Below are positions 22,576-32,422 of a stretch of 63,819 nt of DNA, piece by piece. Within the stretch, counting starts at the first letter, position 1; every line of letters begins with the position of its first letter. A program made the position numbers and the translations under genes. Below the pieces are notes generated by a model, which searched no databases, was not told the origin of the DNA, and saw only the letters and a list, made by a program, of their open reading frames with translations. This stretch comes from an uncultured Candidatus Saccharibacteria bacterium. Its GTDB lineage: Bacteria > Patescibacteriota > Minisyncoccia > Phycocordibacterales > UBA5272. Location of the stretch: assembly GCA_964517625.1 (NCBI GenBank), contig CAZFBW010000004.1, positions 1 to 63,819 of the forward strand, written 5' to 3'.

Positions 22576-23784
22576 TTATTCCTTACCCTCTTCTTTAACC
22601 ACAATTTTTGCGAAGCGTTTTTTTCCTATTTTAAGTGTTATGTTTGATGCTTTTGTTTTCGGGTCAGAAATTTGATTTCCTTCTGCGTCACACACAGCCT
22701 TTTCTTGCACAAGTCTGCGCCAGTCAGTTTTTGATGTAACAATTTTTTGTTCTACGAGAACATCTCCTAGTTCTTTGTCATTTGTTGTTGTTATTGTAGG
22801 AACCTCCTCTGGTATTCCTTTGTTTTGGAATGTATCAATCCATGATTTTTTTGCAAGCGAAGCATCTTTTTCTGAGTGGTAAAGAGTAACAATTTCTGTC
22901 GCAAGACGCATTTTAGTGTCTTTTGGATTTCCTCCAGAAGCGAGCTCTTTTTCAATGTTTTTTATTTCTTTGTGTGAAAGATCGGTACACAAAGTGAAGT
23001 ATTTAATAATCAGTTCGTCGCGCACCGACATAAGCTTACCAAACATATCAAACGGCTCGTCAACAATGGTGATAATATTTCCCCAACTGGTAGACATTTT
23101 TCTTCCATCGGTTCCTTCAAGCATGGTTCCAACCATGATGTGTTGTTTTTTCATCCCATAAAACTCTTGAACGACACGCCCCGCTTTTACGTTAAACAAT
23201 TGGTCAAACCCTCCGAGCTCCACATCTGCCTTTACTGCAACAGAATCGTACCCTTGCATAAGGGGATACAAAAATTCACGGAGAGATATTTCGGTTCCTT
23301 TGTCGTAACGTTCTTTAAAATTTCGGCGTGCGAGCATTTGTTGTACTGTGAAACAGTCTGAGAGTTTTACAATCTCCTCAAATGTGAGTTTGGAGAGCCA
23401 GTCGCTGTTGTAAACAAACTCTGCTTTATTTACGTCAATAATTTTTGAAATCTGACTTTTGTAATCTTTAAGATTTTCATCAATTTGTGAGCGGGTGAGC
23501 ATTGGCCGTTTGTCTGATTTATCAGAAGCATCCCCCACTTGAGCGGTAAAATCTCCAACAATAAAAACAACCTGATGTCCAAGTTTTTGGAATTCGCGCA
23601 GTTTTCTTAAAGGAATTGCACGGCCGAGGTGAATTTTTGGACCAGTTGGATCAACCCCAAGTTTAATGCGTAGTTGTTTTCCCGAAAGGAGGTCTTTCTT
23701 TAATTCTTCTTTGATGAAGATTTCTTCAACTCCCCGGGAAAGGATTTCGTCTATTTTTGCCTCATCGGTAATGATTTTATCCAT
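22576..23784 (-). CDS. tyrS: Tyrosine--tRNA ligase
   Basis: HIGH-type motif DPTGPKIHLGR, GDFTAQVGD, KMSTS (KMSKS-type) and a C-terminal S4-like domain. Confidence 0.9.
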   Translation of the reverse strand: MDKIITDEAKIDEILSRGVEEIFIKEELKKDLLSGKQLRIKLGVDPTGPKIHLGRAIPLRKLREFQKLGHQVVFIVGDFTAQVGDASDKSDKRPMLTRSQIDENLKDYKSQISKIIDVNKAEFVYNSDWLSKLTFEEIVKLSDCFTVQQMLARRNFKERYDKGTEISLREFLYPLMQGYDSVAVKADVELGGFDQLFNVKAGRVVQEFYGMKKQHIMVGTMLEGTDGRKMSTSWGNIITIVDEPFDMFGKLMSVRDELIIKYFTLCTDLSHKEIKNIEKELASGGNPKDTKMRLATEIVTLYHSEKDASLAKKSWIDTFQNKGIPEEVPTITTTNDKELGDVLVEQKIVTSKTDWRRLVQEKAVCDAEGNQISDPKTKASNITLKIGKKRFAKIVVKEEGKE

Positions 23785-23841
23785 ACACACAATACTACCA
23801 CGAGACTTTTATTTGGGTAAGCCTGTGATATTCTTAAGTAT

Positions 23842-25998
23842 ATGTCAACAACTAAGCGCAGAAAGGCTTTTTTAAGAAAAGCTTTTAAAGAGACTGTTTT
23901 TTTGTTTGTCTCTTTTTCGATTGTTGGTTTTGCTGTGGTTGTTGGTTGGCTTGCTTCAATGGAACTTCCTGATTTTAATAATTTTGAAAACCGTGCCGTT
24001 GCTAATTCAACCAAAATTTACGACAGAACAGGGAAAATTGTTCTCTACAATATTCATGACAACATTAAGCGCACCGAGGTTCCCCTCTCGGAAATGAGTC
24101 CATACATCAAACAAGCGACGGTTGCGATTGAAGACGCTCATTTTTATGAGCATTCAGGTTTTCGGCCTGTTTCTTTTGTGCGCGCCGTTCTTGCAAATTT
24201 TAAGTCTGGAAGTTTTTCTCAAGGGGGATCAACCCTTAACCAACAAATTGTAAAGAACGCACTTCTTACTCGAGAAAAAACAATTTCCAGAAAACTAAAA
24301 GAGATTATTCTTGCAATAAAACTAGATCGAGAGCTTCCTAAGGACACGATTTTACAAATCTATTTGAACGAAAGTCCGTATGGTGGAACTATTTATGGTA
24401 TTGAGGAGGCTTCCCTCTCATACTTCAATAAACACGCAAAAGACTTAACAATAACCGAATCAGCATATTTAGCATCTCTCCCTCAATCACCAACCCGCCT
24501 TTCTCCGTATGGAAAAAATCGTGGTTTGTTGGAGGCAAGAAAAAACTTAGTGCTTGAGCGCATGTATGAGCTTGGGTACATTACTAAAGAAGAAAAAGAG
24601 TTTTCTCAAAAAGAGTTTTTGACATTTCAGTTTGACGCAACAAGTAGTGGCAAGGCGCTTCATTTTGTTTTTTATTTGCGCGAATATTTAGAGCAAACCT
24701 ACGGTGAGGACGTGGTGTTGAACGGGGGACTTAAGGTTATTTCAACGCTTGATTATGAAATGCAAAAAAAGATGGAAGACATCGTTCGTGAAGGGGCACT
24801 AGAAAATGCAAAAAAATTTCAAGCAAAAAACTCGTCTCTTGTAGCAATTGATCCGCGCACTGGTCAAATATTAGCGCTTGTTGGTTCGCGAGATTTTTTT
24901 GATAAAGAAATTCCTGGTCAGTTTAATATTGCAACAGCGGCACGCCAACCGGGTTCGTCGTTTAAACCAATCGTATACGCCGCCGCTTTTTTGGCTGGAT
25001 ACACCCCAGAAACTGTGCTTTTTGATGTGCCAACACAATTCAGTTCTCTTTGTGATGCGTTAGGTAATCCAAAACCAGGGGTAAAAGAAACTGCTTGTTA
25101 TATGCCTGAAAATTATGACGAGATGTTTCGTGGTCCTATTTCTTTACGAAACGCCCTTGCTCAATCTCTAAACGTGCCCGCAGTTAAACTTTTATATTTA
25201 GTTGGTCTTGATAATGCGATTCGTCTTGCAAATAAAATGGGGCTTTCAACAATTAACGACCCTGCACGATACGGTCTCTCTCTTGTGCTTGGTGGTGGTG
25301 AAATTACTCTTCTTGAATTAACAAATGCGTACGGGGTGTTTGCTAATAATGGTATTTACCATAAACCAGTTGGGGTACTTGAAATACGAGACAGGAACGA
25401 TGTTTTATTGGAAACATTCTCTAATGTTGAGGAGCAGGTGTTACCAGAACATGTTGCTTCTTTGGTTTCTAGTGTTTTATCAGACAAAGAAGCTAAGCGT
25501 CCGGCGTACGGAACCAACTCCCCACTCTTTTTTGGAGACCGTCCTGTTGCCTCAAAAACAGGCACCACGAACGACTATCGTGATTTGTGGGTTATTGGGT
25601 ACACCCCATCTATTGTTGTTGGTATGTGGGCAGGAAACAACGACAATACCCCTATTGATAAAAAGGTGGCTGGTCTTATTTTGGCACCGGTTTGGCATAA
25701 AGCTATGGATGTTGTTGTTTCTAACACCCCAATAGAATATTTCCCAGAACCACTACCTAATACCAAAGAAAAACCCATCTTGCGCGGTGTGTGGTGTTAT
25801 CCAAACACACCCCTTCATGAAATTCTTTATTACGTATCAAGAAATAACCCTGATGGGCCTTCTCCAACAAACCCAGAAAACGATCCTCAATACTCCTTGT
25901 GGGAGGACGGTCTTAATTATTGGTTGCAAAAACACTCTCTTGTGTGCCCTTACACCCAAACAGAAACAGTTGTTGAGGCCGGAACAACAACACAGTAG
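23842..25998 (+). CDS. Class A penicillin-binding protein (GT51 transglycosylase plus transpeptidase)
   Basis: N-terminal TM anchor. GT51 motifs EDAHFYEH.GF and GGSTLNQQ. Transpeptidase motifs SSFKP (SxxK) and SKTGTT (KTG). Confidence 0.9.
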   Translation: MSTTKRRKAFLRKAFKETVFLFVSFSIVGFAVVVGWLASMELPDFNNFENRAVANSTKIYDRTGKIVLYNIHDNIKRTEVPLSEMSPYIKQATVAIEDAHFYEHSGFRPVSFVRAVLANFKSGSFSQGGSTLNQQIVKNALLTREKTISRKLKEIILAIKLDRELPKDTILQIYLNESPYGGTIYGIEEASLSYFNKHAKDLTITESAYLASLPQSPTRLSPYGKNRGLLEARKNLVLERMYELGYITKEEKEFSQKEFLTFQFDATSSGKALHFVFYLREYLEQTYGEDVVLNGGLKVISTLDYEMQKKMEDIVREGALENAKKFQAKNSSLVAIDPRTGQILALVGSRDFFDKEIPGQFNIATAARQPGSSFKPIVYAAAFLAGYTPETVLFDVPTQFSSLCDALGNPKPGVKETACYMPENYDEMFRGPISLRNALAQSLNVPAVKLLYLVGLDNAIRLANKMGLSTINDPARYGLSLVLGGGEITLLELTNAYGVFANNGIYHKPVGVLEIRDRNDVLLETFSNVEEQVLPEHVASLVSSVLSDKEAKRPAYGTNSPLFFGDRPVASKTGTTNDYRDLWVIGYTPSIVVGMWAGNNDNTPIDKKVAGLILAPVWHKAMDVVVSNTPIEYFPEPLPNTKEKPILRGVWCYPNTPLHEILYYVSRNNPDGPSPTNPENDPQYSLWEDGLNYWLQKHSLVCPYTQTETVVEAGTTTQ

Positions 25999-26003
25999 TT
26001 TTT

Positions 26004-26234
26004 TTATTTCAGTGTGTACCCTTTTTCTTTAAGGATTGTTTGTATTTGTTTTTTATATAGAACGCTTCTTTTTGTTGATGAAACATGAAGGAGGATTTGA
26101 TTTTTTCCTATTTCTATTTCTTCTTCTTGTAAAAGAATATTTGTTGTTTCTTGAACAAGGGTAATAATGTTTAGTTTTTTGTTTTTTTGTTTATCTATTT
26201 CTTTTTTATATTTACTAAAAAGTGATCCTTCCAT
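26004..26234 (-). CDS. Small protein downstream of dnaN, possibly DUF721/DciA-like
   Basis: 76 aa. The segment KNQILLHVSSTKRSVLYKKQIQTILKEKGYTLK resembles the DUF721 core. Its position directly after dnaN is typical of that family. Weak. Confidence 0.35.
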   Translation of the reverse strand: MEGSLFSKYKKEIDKQKNKKLNIITLVQETTNILLQEEEIEIGKNQILLHVSSTKRSVLYKKQIQTILKEKGYTLK

Positions 26235-26238
26235 GGTT

Positions 26239-27333
26239 TTATCGTGTAAGAGGCATAAGAAGGTACGTAAAAGTTGTGTCGTTTTTGTTTACAATAAATA
26301 CTGGGCGGTTTGGTGTTGTAAATGAAAGTGTCACCTCTTTTCCATTTATGTGTGGTAAGACATCAAGAAAATATCGGTTGTTGTATGTAACCTCAATGTC
26401 ATTTCCTTCTTGTTGTGATTGGATAGTGTTGGTTGTTTGACCAATTTGTTCGTTTCTACTGTGAACGGTGAGGGTGTTGTTTGCAAAAACACATTTTACT
26501 TGAGAGTAGTTTTCTGTGAAATATGTTGTTAGGGTAAGAGCTTTTTGTAACTCTTCTTTTTGTATTGTTGTTGTAGTGGTAAATGCTTTTGGAAAAAGTT
26601 GTTTGTAGTCTGGAAATTGCCCTGTAATAATATGAATACAGAGAGTGAGGTTGTTTTGTGATACACACGTAAGTAGCCCTTCATTATAATAAAGGTTTAA
26701 ATCTCCTTGTTCTTCACTTATAATCGCAATAATATCTGCTATATATTTTTGAGGAATAAGAAGAGAACAGTTTAATGGTTGTTCTAGTTGTACTCTTTTT
26801 TCCGCGAGGCGATATGAGTCTGTGGCTACAGCAACAAGTTCTTTTCCTGTTGTATACATATAAATCGAAGCAATTTCTGGTTTAATTTCTGTTGTAGCAG
26901 CACAAAAAGAAACTTCTCTAAGAAGATTAAGAAATACTGTTCCAGAAATACTTCCAATACTTTCTCCTTGTTGTGGTAGTGTTGGAAAATCTTCATACGG
27001 TGTTGTTTTTAGTTCAACAACACCTCTTGTTTTTGTAATAGAAAAAACTCCATCAATAAGTTCACAGGTAAGTGATTCGTCATTTGTTTGTAAAAGTTGA
27101 ATCACTTTTACAAGTGTGTCTCCTTTTACAATACATTTTCCATTTTGGATTCCTTTAACGGAAACACTTTTTTCACATGATATTTCTAAATTTGTAGCTC
27201 GAAGGGTTAAGAGGTGATTATCAAGTTCAATATAAATATCTTGAAGATAGTTTTGAGAAGATTGCTTACTCCTTGCTTTTGACACAGAAGATACAACAGC
27301 TACCAGTGTTCCACTCTTACATTCAAATTTCAT
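26239..27333 (-). CDS. dnaN: DNA polymerase III beta sliding clamp
   Basis: 364 aa, three-domain length, directly downstream of dnaA, and ends in the typical LLMPL. Confidence 0.85.
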   Translation of the reverse strand: MKFECKSGTLVAVVSSVSKARSKQSSQNYLQDIYIELDNHLLTLRATNLEISCEKSVSVKGIQNGKCIVKGDTLVKVIQLLQTNDESLTCELIDGVFSITKTRGVVELKTTPYEDFPTLPQQGESIGSISGTVFLNLLREVSFCAATTEIKPEIASIYMYTTGKELVAVATDSYRLAEKRVQLEQPLNCSLLIPQKYIADIIAIISEEQGDLNLYYNEGLLTCVSQNNLTLCIHIITGQFPDYKQLFPKAFTTTTTIQKEELQKALTLTTYFTENYSQVKCVFANNTLTVHSRNEQIGQTTNTIQSQQEGNDIEVTYNNRYFLDVLPHINGKEVTLSFTTPNRPVFIVNKNDTTFTYLLMPLTR

Positions 27334-27558
27334 AGGGATAGTATATATAAAATATAATAATAAGTATATAGGTGTTAGTACTGTTGATTATATAAAAAAC
27401 CCTTAATTTTCAAACATAAAAAGAATACCTTTAAAAAAAACAACAACGTAAAAAACAAAACAAAAAATAGGAAAAACAACAACTTTTTAAAAACAAAGAA
27501 GAATAACCACAAAGTTATTATTCTTTTATAAACACCCTATTAACAGAGTTATTAACAA
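27334..27558. other. Candidate oriC / DNA unwinding region in the dnaA-dnaN intergenic gap
   Basis: 225-nt very AT-rich spacer with long A-tracts. Only degenerate DnaA-box-like 9-mers are present (ATAACCACA, TTATAAACA, TTATTAACA). Confidence 0.4.
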
Positions 27559-28896
27559 CTACACCAACATTGCGCGAATATCCTCAACCTCCTTCATTAA
27601 TTGAGGGTCTTTTGGTAAATTCCCTTTAATTTTTTCATACGAATGGATAACTGTGGTGTGATCTCTTCCTCCCAACTTATCTCCAATCATTGGATAAGAA
27701 ATATCAAAATCCTCTCGTAAAACATACATAACAATTTGTCGTGGTTTTACAACATCTTTTCGTCGTGTTTTATTGTAAATATAAACATCAGGAATATGAT
27801 AATAATCAGCAATAATTTTAACAATTTCTGGAATAGATATTGTTTTCTTTGCTCGAGTTGTGTTTTTAAGGATATTTTTTACATCTAAAAGAGTAATTGG
27901 CTGTTGTTTTATTTGAATATGAGCAAACAACGATGTCATAACACCTTCAAGCTCACGAATGTTGCCTTGAATTGTTTCGGCAATATATTCTAAAACATCG
28001 TGCGGTATTTTATCCCCTAACTCACGAGCTTTTGCTTGTACAATTGCTAAACGAGATTCAAACGCAGGAGAAGCAATATCAACAATCATTCCTTGATTAA
28101 AACGAGAACGTAAACGATCTTCCAACCCAACAATAAAATTAGGGTGAACATCAGATGAAAAAACAATTTGCTTGTTCATTTCATATAACGAATTAAAAAG
28201 GTGAAACAACTCATCTTGTGTTCTCTCTTTTCCATTAATAAATTGAATGTCGTCCATAATAAACACATCATACTTACGATATTTTTCCTTAAAACTATTT
28301 ATTTTATTGAGATTTGTTGAGTTAACATAATCCATATAAAACTTTTCAAGCGAAGTATAAAAAACCTTCCTTTCAGGATACTTCTTTTTAACAGTGTTTC
28401 CGATTGCTTGCATCATATGGGTTTTACCAAGACCTGTTTTTCCGTATACAAAGAAAGGGTTATAAACAATACCGAGGTTGTTTAAAATTGCTTGCGAACA
28501 AGCAAAAGCAACCTCATTAAACGGTCCGACAATGAAATTTTCAAACGTATAACGAGGGTTTAAACCATCGTCTTTGTTGATGTATAAATCATGGAGAGGA
28601 AGAGTTTGTCCGGTAATAGAAATGTGTTGAGCCTTCTTTTGAAGGGTTTCTGGTTTAACAACAGTAAAAACAACAGAACGAACACCTTCGTGAATTGTCC
28701 GCAAGATTCGTAAGATAAATTTATGATATTTTTGATTCAACCAATCTTTAACAAATTCATTTGGAACACCAATGGTTACATCACCATCTTTGTAGTCGAT
28801 GACGCGAGTGTTTTTAAACCAAGTGTTGAAATTAACTCGAGAAAGCTCTAGTTCGATTTGGGATAAGGCACTATTCCAGAGTTGTTGGTAATCCAT
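27559..28896 (-). CDS. dnaA: Chromosomal replication initiator DnaA
   Basis: MDYQQLWNSAL start, Walker A GKTGLGKTHMMQA, Walker B FIMDDIQF, C-terminal domain IV (HTTVIHSYEKI). An alternative upstream start at 28935 is possible. Confidence 0.9.
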   Translation of the reverse strand: MDYQQLWNSALSQIELELSRVNFNTWFKNTRVIDYKDGDVTIGVPNEFVKDWLNQKYHKFILRILRTIHEGVRSVVFTVVKPETLQKKAQHISITGQTLPLHDLYINKDDGLNPRYTFENFIVGPFNEVAFACSQAILNNLGIVYNPFFVYGKTGLGKTHMMQAIGNTVKKKYPERKVFYTSLEKFYMDYVNSTNLNKINSFKEKYRKYDVFIMDDIQFINGKERTQDELFHLFNSLYEMNKQIVFSSDVHPNFIVGLEDRLRSRFNQGMIVDIASPAFESRLAIVQAKARELGDKIPHDVLEYIAETIQGNIRELEGVMTSLFAHIQIKQQPITLLDVKNILKNTTRAKKTISIPEIVKIIADYYHIPDVYIYNKTRRKDVVKPRQIVMYVLREDFDISYPMIGDKLGGRDHTTVIHSYEKIKGNLPKDPQLMKEVEDIRAMLV

Positions 28897-28978
28897 ACGA
28901 ATTATATTGTAAAGAATGTGTTGGTCTTTTTTCAAGTCCTTTCAAAAAGAAAACACATTTGGTGGTAGTATACGCTTA

Positions 28979-29007
28979 TTGATTTATCTTTGCTACTCGT
29001 GTAGAAT
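28979..29007 (+). promoter_or_regulatory. Promoter of rpmH-rnpA-yidC
   Basis: TTGATT-N17-TAGAAT, ending 7 nt before the rpmH ATG. Confidence 0.6.
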
Positions 29008-29014
29008 AGCGCTT

Positions 29015-29149
29015 ATGTCAACCACATACCAACCAAAAAAGAAGAAACGAGGAACCACCCACGGGTTTCTTGTTCGTATGGCCACAAAAAGCGGCAGAAA
29101 AGTGCTTTCTCAACGCCGAAAAATTGGACGCAAAAAGCTTTCTGTTTAA
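29015..29149 (+). CDS. rpmH: 50S ribosomal protein L34
   Basis: [41 protein letters not shown]. Confidence 0.95.
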   Translation: MSTTYQPKKKKRGTTHGFLVRMATKSGRKVLSQRRKIGRKKLSV

Positions 29150-29158
29150 AAACAAGCT

Positions 29159-29473
29159 ATGCCCCCTAAAAAAGAGAGGTTAACTAAAAAAGACTTCTCA
29201 GAGCTTACAAAAAAAACAACACTACGAACCAGGTTGTTCGATGTTGTTTATACCCCATCCCCGACCCACAAAGTTGGTTGTGTGGTGTTGAAAAAAAGAA
29301 CACCAAAAGCGGTAGATCGCAACAAAATTAAGAGAAAAATATATCACGGATACCGAGAAACCAAACCCAAAAACACATACACAATAATCTTTTATCCAAA
29401 AAACGAAAGTTTGAGAACCCCACAACAAACAATTGTTAAAGAAATGAAGGAATTGTTTGCTACACTACACTAA
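29159..29473 (+). CDS. rnpA: Ribonuclease P protein component
   Basis: Basic 104-aa protein with KAVDRNKIKRKI (RNR-like motif). Conserved rpmH-rnpA synteny. Confidence 0.85.
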   Translation: MPPKKERLTKKDFSELTKKTTLRTRLFDVVYTPSPTHKVGCVVLKKRTPKAVDRNKIKRKIYHGYRETKPKNTYTIIFYPKNESLRTPQQTIVKEMKELFATLH

Positions 29474-29476
29474 TCT

Positions 29477-30187
29477 ATGTTCCACACACTTTTTTACGAA
29501 CCAATTTATAACCTCCTGGTTTTTGCTCTTACTGTTGTTCCTCTTCATGATGTTGGGGCGGCCATTATTTTAGTTACCTGTATTGTGAAAGGACTACTCC
29601 TACCTCTTAACCTTTCTGCAACACGAAGCCAGTACGCGCTTAAAAAAGTTGAAAATGAAATAAAACAAATACGCGAAAAACACAAAGAAACACCACAAGA
29701 GATGTCTAAAAAAATGATGGAGGTGTATAAAAGAGAAAACATAAACCCGTTCGCAAGTTTTTTTACACTTTTCATACAAATTCCAATATTTATTGCCCTT
29801 TACTTTGTTTTTTCTAAAGGACTTCACGCAGACGTCGATTCTTTATATTCGTTTCTTTCTTTTCCAGAAAAACTCCACACGTTTGCATTCGGAATTCTTG
29901 ATGTAACAGCAAAAAATATTCCAATCGCGATAGCAACCGGTGTTTCCGCATACATTCTCGCGCGACGACAAACAAGCACCATGGTGAGCAAAAAACAACC
30001 CCACGAAGAGTCTTTTCAGGACCACTTCATGAAGTCAATGAAGATACAACTGCTTTATGTTTTACCTCTTGTTATTGCTTTTTCTTCAGCAGTTCTTCCT
30101 GCGGCAATTGGACTTTATTGGACAACAAGCAATATTTTAAGTTTCTTCCAAGATGTTTATATTAAACGAAAGTATCACTTCGTATAA
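29477..30187 (+). CDS. yidC: Membrane protein insertase YidC/Oxa1 (short form)
   Basis: Five predicted TM segments, PL......RSQ....K and NP...F..L.Q.PIFIALY motifs, synteny after rnpA. Confidence 0.85.
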   Translation: MFHTLFYEPIYNLLVFALTVVPLHDVGAAIILVTCIVKGLLLPLNLSATRSQYALKKVENEIKQIREKHKETPQEMSKKMMEVYKRENINPFASFFTLFIQIPIFIALYFVFSKGLHADVDSLYSFLSFPEKLHTFAFGILDVTAKNIPIAIATGVSAYILARRQTSTMVSKKQPHEESFQDHFMKSMKIQLLYVLPLVIAFSSAVLPAAIGLYWTTSNILSFFQDVYIKRKYHFV

Positions 30188-30190
30188 AAA

Positions 30191-31519
30191 CTAATCCCCA
30201 GAAAGCAGTTCAAGGTTTGCCAACCAAAGAGCTCCGTCTTTTTTGTTGGTAAACAAAAGAAGGAGGTCGTTGTGGTTTAGTTGTGGTTTTGTGACATCTA
30301 TTTTCTCGCCGGCCTCGACACCTAAATCAATAATTGAATACGACTGACCGTCTGTGTGGGTGTTGTATAAAGAATCAGAAAAAGAAACGGTGCCTTGATA
30401 CCAGTCATCAGGAAACCCCTCCTTTTTGAATGGAATAGTTGTTGGAACCCCACACAACAAAGAAGGAACCGTGTTTTTAAAAACACATTTTGAGGCAATT
30501 GTTTTTATGGAAAGGTTTGTTGTTTGTCCTGTTTGTTTATCAAACACAAAAGAAGCGATACCTTTAGTTGACCACATACTCGAAAGAAGAAGGTTTTCGT
30601 TTGGTGAAGCAATTGAAACAAGACCTGTTTTGTTACTAATAAGTCGTTTACCTGAAAAGGCCTCTAAGGTGTATCCAGGAATAAAAGCGGAAGCTTTTGG
30701 TGTCATATAGAGAATGTTGCCACCATAGTAAATCGTCCACTCAGACAAAGGAAGAGGGGTAATGTTCCATTTTGATTGAGGAAAAGGGTCTGCTGGTTGT
30801 GTTTTGTCTTCATTTAAGACATACAAAGCACCCCCTGTTGGTGTTTTTGTTACAAACGACAACTGCCGACCAGATTTGTTTGCTGAAACAGAGACAATGT
30901 TGTCAGGTAGGTCGGTAATTTTTTCAAGAGGAACAGAACTACTTGTTTGGGTTGTGGTTGGAACACGATATAACACCGAAACAACAACCCCCTTCTTTTC
31001 ATCAAAAACACGAAACACAACAAAGGTTCCGTTTGAGAAAAATAGGGCGTCATACACACCAGGAACCAACGTGTTTGTTACTTGGTTTGTTGTTATTGTT
31101 TTTGGGTTGTATTGGTGTATGTAGCCTGTGGTTCTATCAACAAATAAAATTACTGATGAGGTGGCACGTATTTGTTGTATTGATGGAACAGTTGTTGAAC
31201 CGCTTATTGTGGTCGAGGCGACTTGTTCTAAAACTTGTCTGTCAGCAAAACCATACCCAGCAACAGGTTTATCCCAAAGCTTAAAAAGAAGCTGTTCTTC
31301 CGCTTTAGTTACCTCAGTTTCAGATTGTCCAGGTTCTTCATTTTTTAACATATCAGTTAAAAACAAAAACCCTTTACGAGGACCGCTTTCTGGGAAGGGG
31401 TTGGTTGGTGGGGTTACTAAACCACCCTTCCCTCCTCCTGCAAAAAAGAAAAGCCAAACAATGACAACAATTGCAAAAAGGAGGATAAGAGCAAACAAGA
31501 TATAAAACGAACGCCGCAT
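30191..31519 (-). CDS. Membrane-anchored extracytoplasmic protein of unknown function (last gene of the T4SS-like operon)
   Basis: N-terminal TM helix FYILFALILLFAIVVIVWLFFFA, then a beta-rich 400-aa region. Packed 32 nt after the upstream gene. Confidence 0.6.
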   Translation of the reverse strand: MRRSFYILFALILLFAIVVIVWLFFFAGGGKGGLVTPPTNPFPESGPRKGFLFLTDMLKNEEPGQSETEVTKAEEQLLFKLWDKPVAGYGFADRQVLEQVASTTISGSTTVPSIQQIRATSSVILFVDRTTGYIHQYNPKTITTNQVTNTLVPGVYDALFFSNGTFVVFRVFDEKKGVVVSVLYRVPTTTQTSSSVPLEKITDLPDNIVSVSANKSGRQLSFVTKTPTGGALYVLNEDKTQPADPFPQSKWNITPLPLSEWTIYYGGNILYMTPKASAFIPGYTLEAFSGKRLISNKTGLVSIASPNENLLLSSMWSTKGIASFVFDKQTGQTTNLSIKTIASKCVFKNTVPSLLCGVPTTIPFKKEGFPDDWYQGTVSFSDSLYNTHTDGQSYSIIDLGVEAGEKIDVTKPQLNHNDLLLLFTNKKDGALWLANLELLSGD

Positions 31520-31551
31520 GATGTTTTTAGTATATCAAGAGAAAAACGTTT

Positions 31552-32403
31552 CTAGTATTGTCTACTAACATGCCAATGACGAGGGCCTGTTGGTTCATCA
31601 CAAAAAACAGCAGAAAGATATAAATAACGTTGTGTACAACCAGATGTTCCTCCTAATTTTGTGTTTGCTGGGTTTGTAATTAAGTTATACAAAGCATCCC
31701 CTTGAGTGAGTTGTAAATCAACAGCAGGTAAACACACCTCGGTTGTGTAGTTACATTTACCGTGAGTTTTGTGTCCAGGTTCTGTTCCGCCACTTACCAC
31801 AATTGAACATGTTGCACAGTCTCTCCTTAGACCAAGAAGAACATTAATTATTGTGTCTGGCAAACCTTGAATATCTGTACATGGCGGGATTGTTGTTTGT
31901 GCTCTTTGTGATTCGGTGCACGGAACAAAACCCTTGTTTGTGGTTATACCTGCCCCCTCTAGTCTTTTTTTAATATTGTCGTGCGACCGGGAGCCTGTCA
32001 TGGTCCTACTTCCTGTTGGGGTGGTTGGTGTTGTTGGTGTGGTTGGGGTTACTGGTGTAACACCGGTTCCAGTTGTTGGTTGAATTGCGGTAAGACCAAT
32101 ATTCCCCCTGAGGAGGTCTGGGTTAACTTGATTTAAAATAAGCCAAAGCAAAAGAACACCAAGAACACCATAAATTGCGCGCTTGATATCTTTTTTTATT
32201 TCAGCCGCCTTGCTTCCTGAATCGGCGGCGGTTAAACGGACACCTGAAGTTGCAAGAATGGCTGCACCTGCGGCAACACAAGCAACAACACCAAATATCC
32301 AAATAAACGAAAATACTTGCGTTGTGTTGTTGGTGATGGTTGTTGCCCCAGGGGAAATTGCATCAATGAAACCACCCTCAAGCGCATTGTACTGTATATC
32401 CAT
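31552..32403 (-). CDS. T4SS pilin-like (VirB2/TrbC-type) N-terminal domain fused by a TP-rich linker to a Cys-rich C-terminal domain with weak LAS-type metallopeptidase-like motifs
   Basis: Two hydrophobic helices separated by SGVRLTAADSGSKAAEIKKDIKRAI (pilin hairpin pattern). Linker TPVTPTTPTTPTTPT. C-terminal region has GHKTHG...AVDL and a terminal HWH. Confidence 0.45.
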   Translation of the reverse strand: MDIQYNALEGGFIDAISPGATTITNNTTQVFSFIWIFGVVACVAAGAAILATSGVRLTAADSGSKAAEIKKDIKRAIYGVLGVLLLWLILNQVNPDLLRGNIGLTAIQPTTGTGVTPVTPTTPTTPTTPTGSRTMTGSRSHDNIKKRLEGAGITTNKGFVPCTESQRAQTTIPPCTDIQGLPDTIINVLLGLRRDCATCSIVVSGGTEPGHKTHGKCNYTTEVCLPAVDLQLTQGDALYNLITNPANTKLGGTSGCTQRYLYLSAVFCDEPTGPRHWHVSRQY

Positions 32404-32422
32404 ACTAATTTAGTATAACCGA

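Noticed and set aside
23785-23841. T-box leader upstream of tyrS
   Set aside because: Only about 55 nt separate tyrS from the divergent PBP gene, far too short for a T-box riboswitch. No specifier or T-box motif is seen.
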